Source of the DNA: Candidatus Latescibacterota bacterium | Lineage (GTDB): Bacteria > Latescibacterota > UBA2968 > UBA8231 | NCBI GenBank assembly: GCA_965205655.1 | Contig: CBDBIJ010000144.1 | Location: forward strand, 1-16,882 | Direction: 5' to 3' | DNA length: 16,882 bases | In this document: in pieces, positions 13,983 to 16,882 of the stretch | Numbering within the stretch: position 1 is the first letter of the stretch | Layout: each line of letters opens with the position of its first letter | Program-made: the position numbers and the translations under genes | The notes under the pieces: model-generated | Told to the model about the DNA's origin: nothing | The model's input: only the letters and a program-made list of their open reading frames with translations | Database searches by the model: none

Positions 13983-15131
13983 ATGCTGTTCAACCAGGCC
14001 AGAGCCATCACCTACATGGTGCGCTGCGACCTCGACGCGCTCGTCGCCACCTCTCCGGTGAACATCAGGTACTTCACCGACTACGTCAGCAACTTCGACC
14101 CGGTCATGAAGGAGTACATGCTGAGCCCGGGAGGGCCTTCCCGACTGATGCAGGCCTATGCGGTGTATCCCCGGGAAGGAAAACCGGCCCTCGTCGTCGA
14201 CCCCCTCTTCGCAGTGAACGCCACACAAATTTGGGTGGAGGATCTCTACGTCTTCGGCGGCGTCCCGCCCGGTCGCCGAGAATCGGCCGACCTGCCGGAC
14301 TCGCTCGGCAAGATCCCGGCGTTGCTCGAAAAGGCGTCTGAGAGCGCCACCGCAACGGATGCCCTCCTCAGTATCATCCGCGATCGAGGCCTGGCGAACT
14401 CGCGTATCGGTCTGGAGTTCGAGGCTCTTCCCAAGGACTACCTTTTGACCATCAGGGAGAGGCTGTCGGGAGCGGACGTTCGGGATTGCACCAATCTCAT
14501 CAGACTCATTCGCATGGTGAAGAGTCCGGAGGAGCTCGCCAGAATGACGCGGGCTGCCTCCATCGCCGAGGGCGGCGCCGACTTCGAGCACTTCATATAC
14601 AGCATTCGCGGTCTTGGTCTCGCCCAGAGGGAGACCGATTACATCCTCACGGCCGACGATTCGCTGCAGTGCGACTTCGGATGCATTTACGAGGGCTACT
14701 ACTCCGACACGGGCGTCACGCTCGCGATGAGCAAAGCGCCTCCAGAGCTTTTGGCCCGATACACCGATGTGCGGGCAGCCGTCGATGCCGCTGTCGGTGC
14801 CATCAAGCCCGGGGTCAGGGCTTGCGCTGTTTATGCGGCCCTCGATGCCGCGCTCGCCGGCGCAGGCCTGAGTGCGGAAGGGAGCGGGCATGGTCTCGGA
14901 ATCGAGATTCGCGATTATCCGATTGTCGCAGCTGACAACGGGCAGCGCATCGTCGACGACTGTGTCGACGAATCCTCCGATATACCTCTCGAGGAAGGGA
15001 TGGTGCTCAACATCGAAATTGCCTACCACGTCGCCACCGTCTTCATCGAACAGACCTTCGTAGTGACGGCGGACAGTTGCCGATTGCTCATCGACCAAGA
15101 TCGCCGTTGTCCGATGCAGCCCGAGTCGTGA
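13983..15131 (+). CDS. M24 family (Xaa-Pro peptidase/creatinase-like) metallohydrolase, apparently with internal in-frame deletion
   Basis: Creatinase_N-like 'LDALVATSPVNIRYFTDY', linker 'IRMVKSPEE', and metal-ligand pattern 'CDFG..YEGYYSDTG', 'GHGLG', 'LEEGMVLNIE', 'FIEQTFVVT'. GAGGG upstream of ATG 13983. Confidence 0.85.
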   Translation: MLFNQARAITYMVRCDLDALVATSPVNIRYFTDYVSNFDPVMKEYMLSPGGPSRLMQAYAVYPREGKPALVVDPLFAVNATQIWVEDLYVFGGVPPGRRESADLPDSLGKIPALLEKASESATATDALLSIIRDRGLANSRIGLEFEALPKDYLLTIRERLSGADVRDCTNLIRLIRMVKSPEELARMTRAASIAEGGADFEHFIYSIRGLGLAQRETDYILTADDSLQCDFGCIYEGYYSDTGVTLAMSKAPPELLARYTDVRAAVDAAVGAIKPGVRACAVYAALDAALAGAGLSAEGSGHGLGIEIRDYPIVAADNGQRIVDDCVDESSDIPLEEGMVLNIEIAYHVATVFIEQTFVVTADSCRLLIDQDRRCPMQPES

Positions 15132-15982
15132 CGGAGCAGCCGAAGATCCGCCACATAGCCGGCCTCTGGACCCTGAAGGGACAGGGTGGCAGGAGCGGCG
15201 AATGGACTATTGACCAGAAGCTACAGCACATCAAAAAAGCCGGGTTTGACGGCTTTCAGGGACCGGTGGTGCTGGTGGGGCGTGAACACGTGGAGAAACA
15301 CGGCCTCATTTTCGTAGCAGATCAAGATATCGGAAGCGCGAAGGAAGTAGTACCGCGCCTCATGGCCATCAAGGCGGCGGGGGCCTGTTGCGTCAACGTG
15401 CAACTGCTCGACCACGATACACCGACACGTCAGGCGGTGGCCCTGGCCCGGCGGGTGATGAACGCTGCGGGCGAACTGGAGATGGATGTTGCCATCGAGG
15501 TGCACCGAGATACATGCACCGAGACACCGGAGAAGGTGTACGCGCTGGCCGAGGGATTCGAAAGGGCGGAGAAGCGCCCGCTGAAGATGACCTGGGATTT
15601 CTCACATCCCGCTGTTATCAAGCATCTCGCACCACCATACTGGGACCGGCTGGCCGAGCGTGTGGATCTCATACAGTACGCCCAGCAGTTTCACTCCAGA
15701 CCGTTCAACGGGCACCACTGCCAGATTCCGGCGCTGGGGCGCGGCGGCAAGCTCACGCCGGAGTTTCTGGTTTGGCTGGAGTTCGCCGAAAAAGTGATCG
15801 AGAGCTGGCTGGCCGCGGCTACCCCGGGACGGGAGATGTTCGTCTGCCCGGAGCAAGGGGCCTCCGGGGGCTACATCCTGTCGGTTTTCGGCGACCCGTG
15901 GAAAGATGCGAAAGCGATTCGCGTCGAGGTGGACGGGATCTGGAGGCGGCAGCTAAGAAAGTGGAAGCCCCCTGAATCGTAG
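15128..15982 (+). CDS. Xylose isomerase-like TIM barrel protein (sugar phosphate isomerase/epimerase family)
   Basis: GTG 15128 overlaps the M24 stop (GTGA). Motifs 'IKKAGFDG', 'IEVHRD', 'TWDFSH', 'FHSR', 'CPE' match the E/D/H/E metal-site layout. Confidence 0.8.
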   Translation: MTEQPKIRHIAGLWTLKGQGGRSGEWTIDQKLQHIKKAGFDGFQGPVVLVGREHVEKHGLIFVADQDIGSAKEVVPRLMAIKAAGACCVNVQLLDHDTPTRQAVALARRVMNAAGELEMDVAIEVHRDTCTETPEKVYALAEGFERAEKRPLKMTWDFSHPAVIKHLAPPYWDRLAERVDLIQYAQQFHSRPFNGHHCQIPALGRGGKLTPEFLVWLEFAEKVIESWLAAATPGREMFVCPEQGASGGYILSVFGDPWKDAKAIRVEVDGIWRRQLRKWKPPES

Positions 15983-15991
15983 CATTTAAGC

Positions 15992-16882
15992 TCAGGCATC
16001 CAACACGTCTCGGACCGTGCGTGCCAGATCTTCCTGTTTGAACGGTTTCTGCATAACTGCCTGCACTTCGGGGAGCTGCGTGCTGGCCGCGGCGTATCCA
16101 GTGATTACAATCACCTTGACCTCGGGGTTGAGGCTGCGCAGGATGGGCAAAATCTCGTGACCCGACATGTTCGGCATAGAAACATCCAGGAGGATAAGGG
16201 CAATCTCATCTCGCTTCCGCCGGAATACGTCGAGGCCATCCTTGCCATCCGTGCCTAACAACACGGTATAACCGAATTTTGAAAGTTGAGAAGACACCAG
16301 GTTTCGGATAATCTCCTCGTCGTCGATGACCAGGAGGGTTTCCGTGCCTTGTGCCACGTCATCCTCGCCTTCCGTCGCTTGGGAAGTGCCTCCACGGTCT
16401 GCTATCGGCAGATGAATCGAAAAAACGGTGCCACTCCCAGGTCGACTTTCGCAGTCAATCCAACCGCGGTGCTGGCGGACAATCGCATACGCCGAAGACA
16501 ATCCTAAACCGGTGCCTCTGCCCACTTCCTTGGTGGTAAAGAACGGCTCGAAAACTCGGTCTCGCGTACTTTCGTCCATTCCAACTCCGTTGTCAGTAAT
16601 CCTTACTCGGGCATAGGGCCCCGGGGGCGCTTCGATGTGCGCGCTCCTGTTTTCTTCATTCTTGGAGATGGAGTCTATCGCGATCTCGATACGGGGATCT
16701 CGACGACTACCATCTTCCAGGGCATCCCGGGCGTTGAGTAACAGGTTCAGAAAAACCTGCTGGAGTTGGTCGGAATCGCCCAGCAGCACGGGCTGCACGT
16801 CGGGCCGATCTACGACCATTTCGATTCTTCGATCAAACGTTGCGCGGCACATGCCTACGGTTTCATCCAAGATCTTGTGGAT
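15992..16882 (-). CDS. Hybrid sensor histidine kinase (HATPase_c + receiver; CckA-like), 5' truncated by window edge
   Basis: N box 'QVFLNLLLNARDA', G1 'DNGVGM', F box 'FEPFFTTK', G2 'GTGLGL'. Receiver motifs 'LVIDDEE', 'LLDVSMP', 'ITG', 'KPF'. Frame is open to the window end. Confidence 0.95.
   Translation of the reverse strand: MHKILDETVGMCRATFDRRIEMVVDRPDVQPVLLGDSDQLQQVFLNLLLNARDALEDGSRRDPRIEIAIDSISKNEENRSAHIEAPPGPYARVRITDNGVGMDESTRDRVFEPFFTTKEVGRGTGLGLSSAYAIVRQHRGWIDCESRPGSGTVFSIHLPIADRGGTSQATEGEDDVAQGTETLLVIDDEEIIRNLVSSQLSKFGYTVLLGTDGKDGLDVFRRKRDEIALILLDVSMPNMSGHEILPILRSLNPEVKVIVITGYAAASTQLPEVQAVMQKPFKQEDLARTVRDVLDA

Noticed and set aside
13866..15098. 410-aa antisense ORF, and other long shadow ORFs such as 1588-2448, 4382-5116, 8405-9031 and 10728-11366
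   Set aside because: They lie opposite genes with clear family motifs, have no recognisable motifs, and are expected from GC-rich codon bias.

Overview
GC-rich bacterial window with 10 protein-coding loci; I found no rRNA, tRNA, CRISPR or mobile element. The left two-thirds (1-11201) is a tightly coupled + strand operon of secreted proteins, arranged A1-B1-A2-B2-PPIase. The A proteins have discoidin-like beta-sandwich segments and a C-terminal 'TPNGDGxND...YDLxGR...GVAY' FlgD-Ig/T9SS-type-B-like domain. The B proteins are ~850-900 aa paralogs with a signal peptide, an acidic Ca-binding-like block and a beta-strand-rich C-terminus. The operon ends in a two-parvulin-domain lipoprotein chaperone. 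The second pair is broken: A2 has a 1-nt frameshift near 5460, and B2 has in-frame TAG (8330) and TGA (9191) stops plus a ~27-33 codon gap relative to B1. The right third holds a MATE exporter (-), an Eis-like GNAT, an atypical M24 peptidase with an apparent internal deletion, a xylose-isomerase-like TIM barrel protein (+) and the 3' part of a hybrid histidine kinase (-). The A/B families resemble those I associate with Latescibacterota/Gemmatimonadota-like FCB genomes (inference, not verified). The best candidate for an undescribed system is the repeated 'CTD cargo + cognate large outer-membrane partner + foldase' module.
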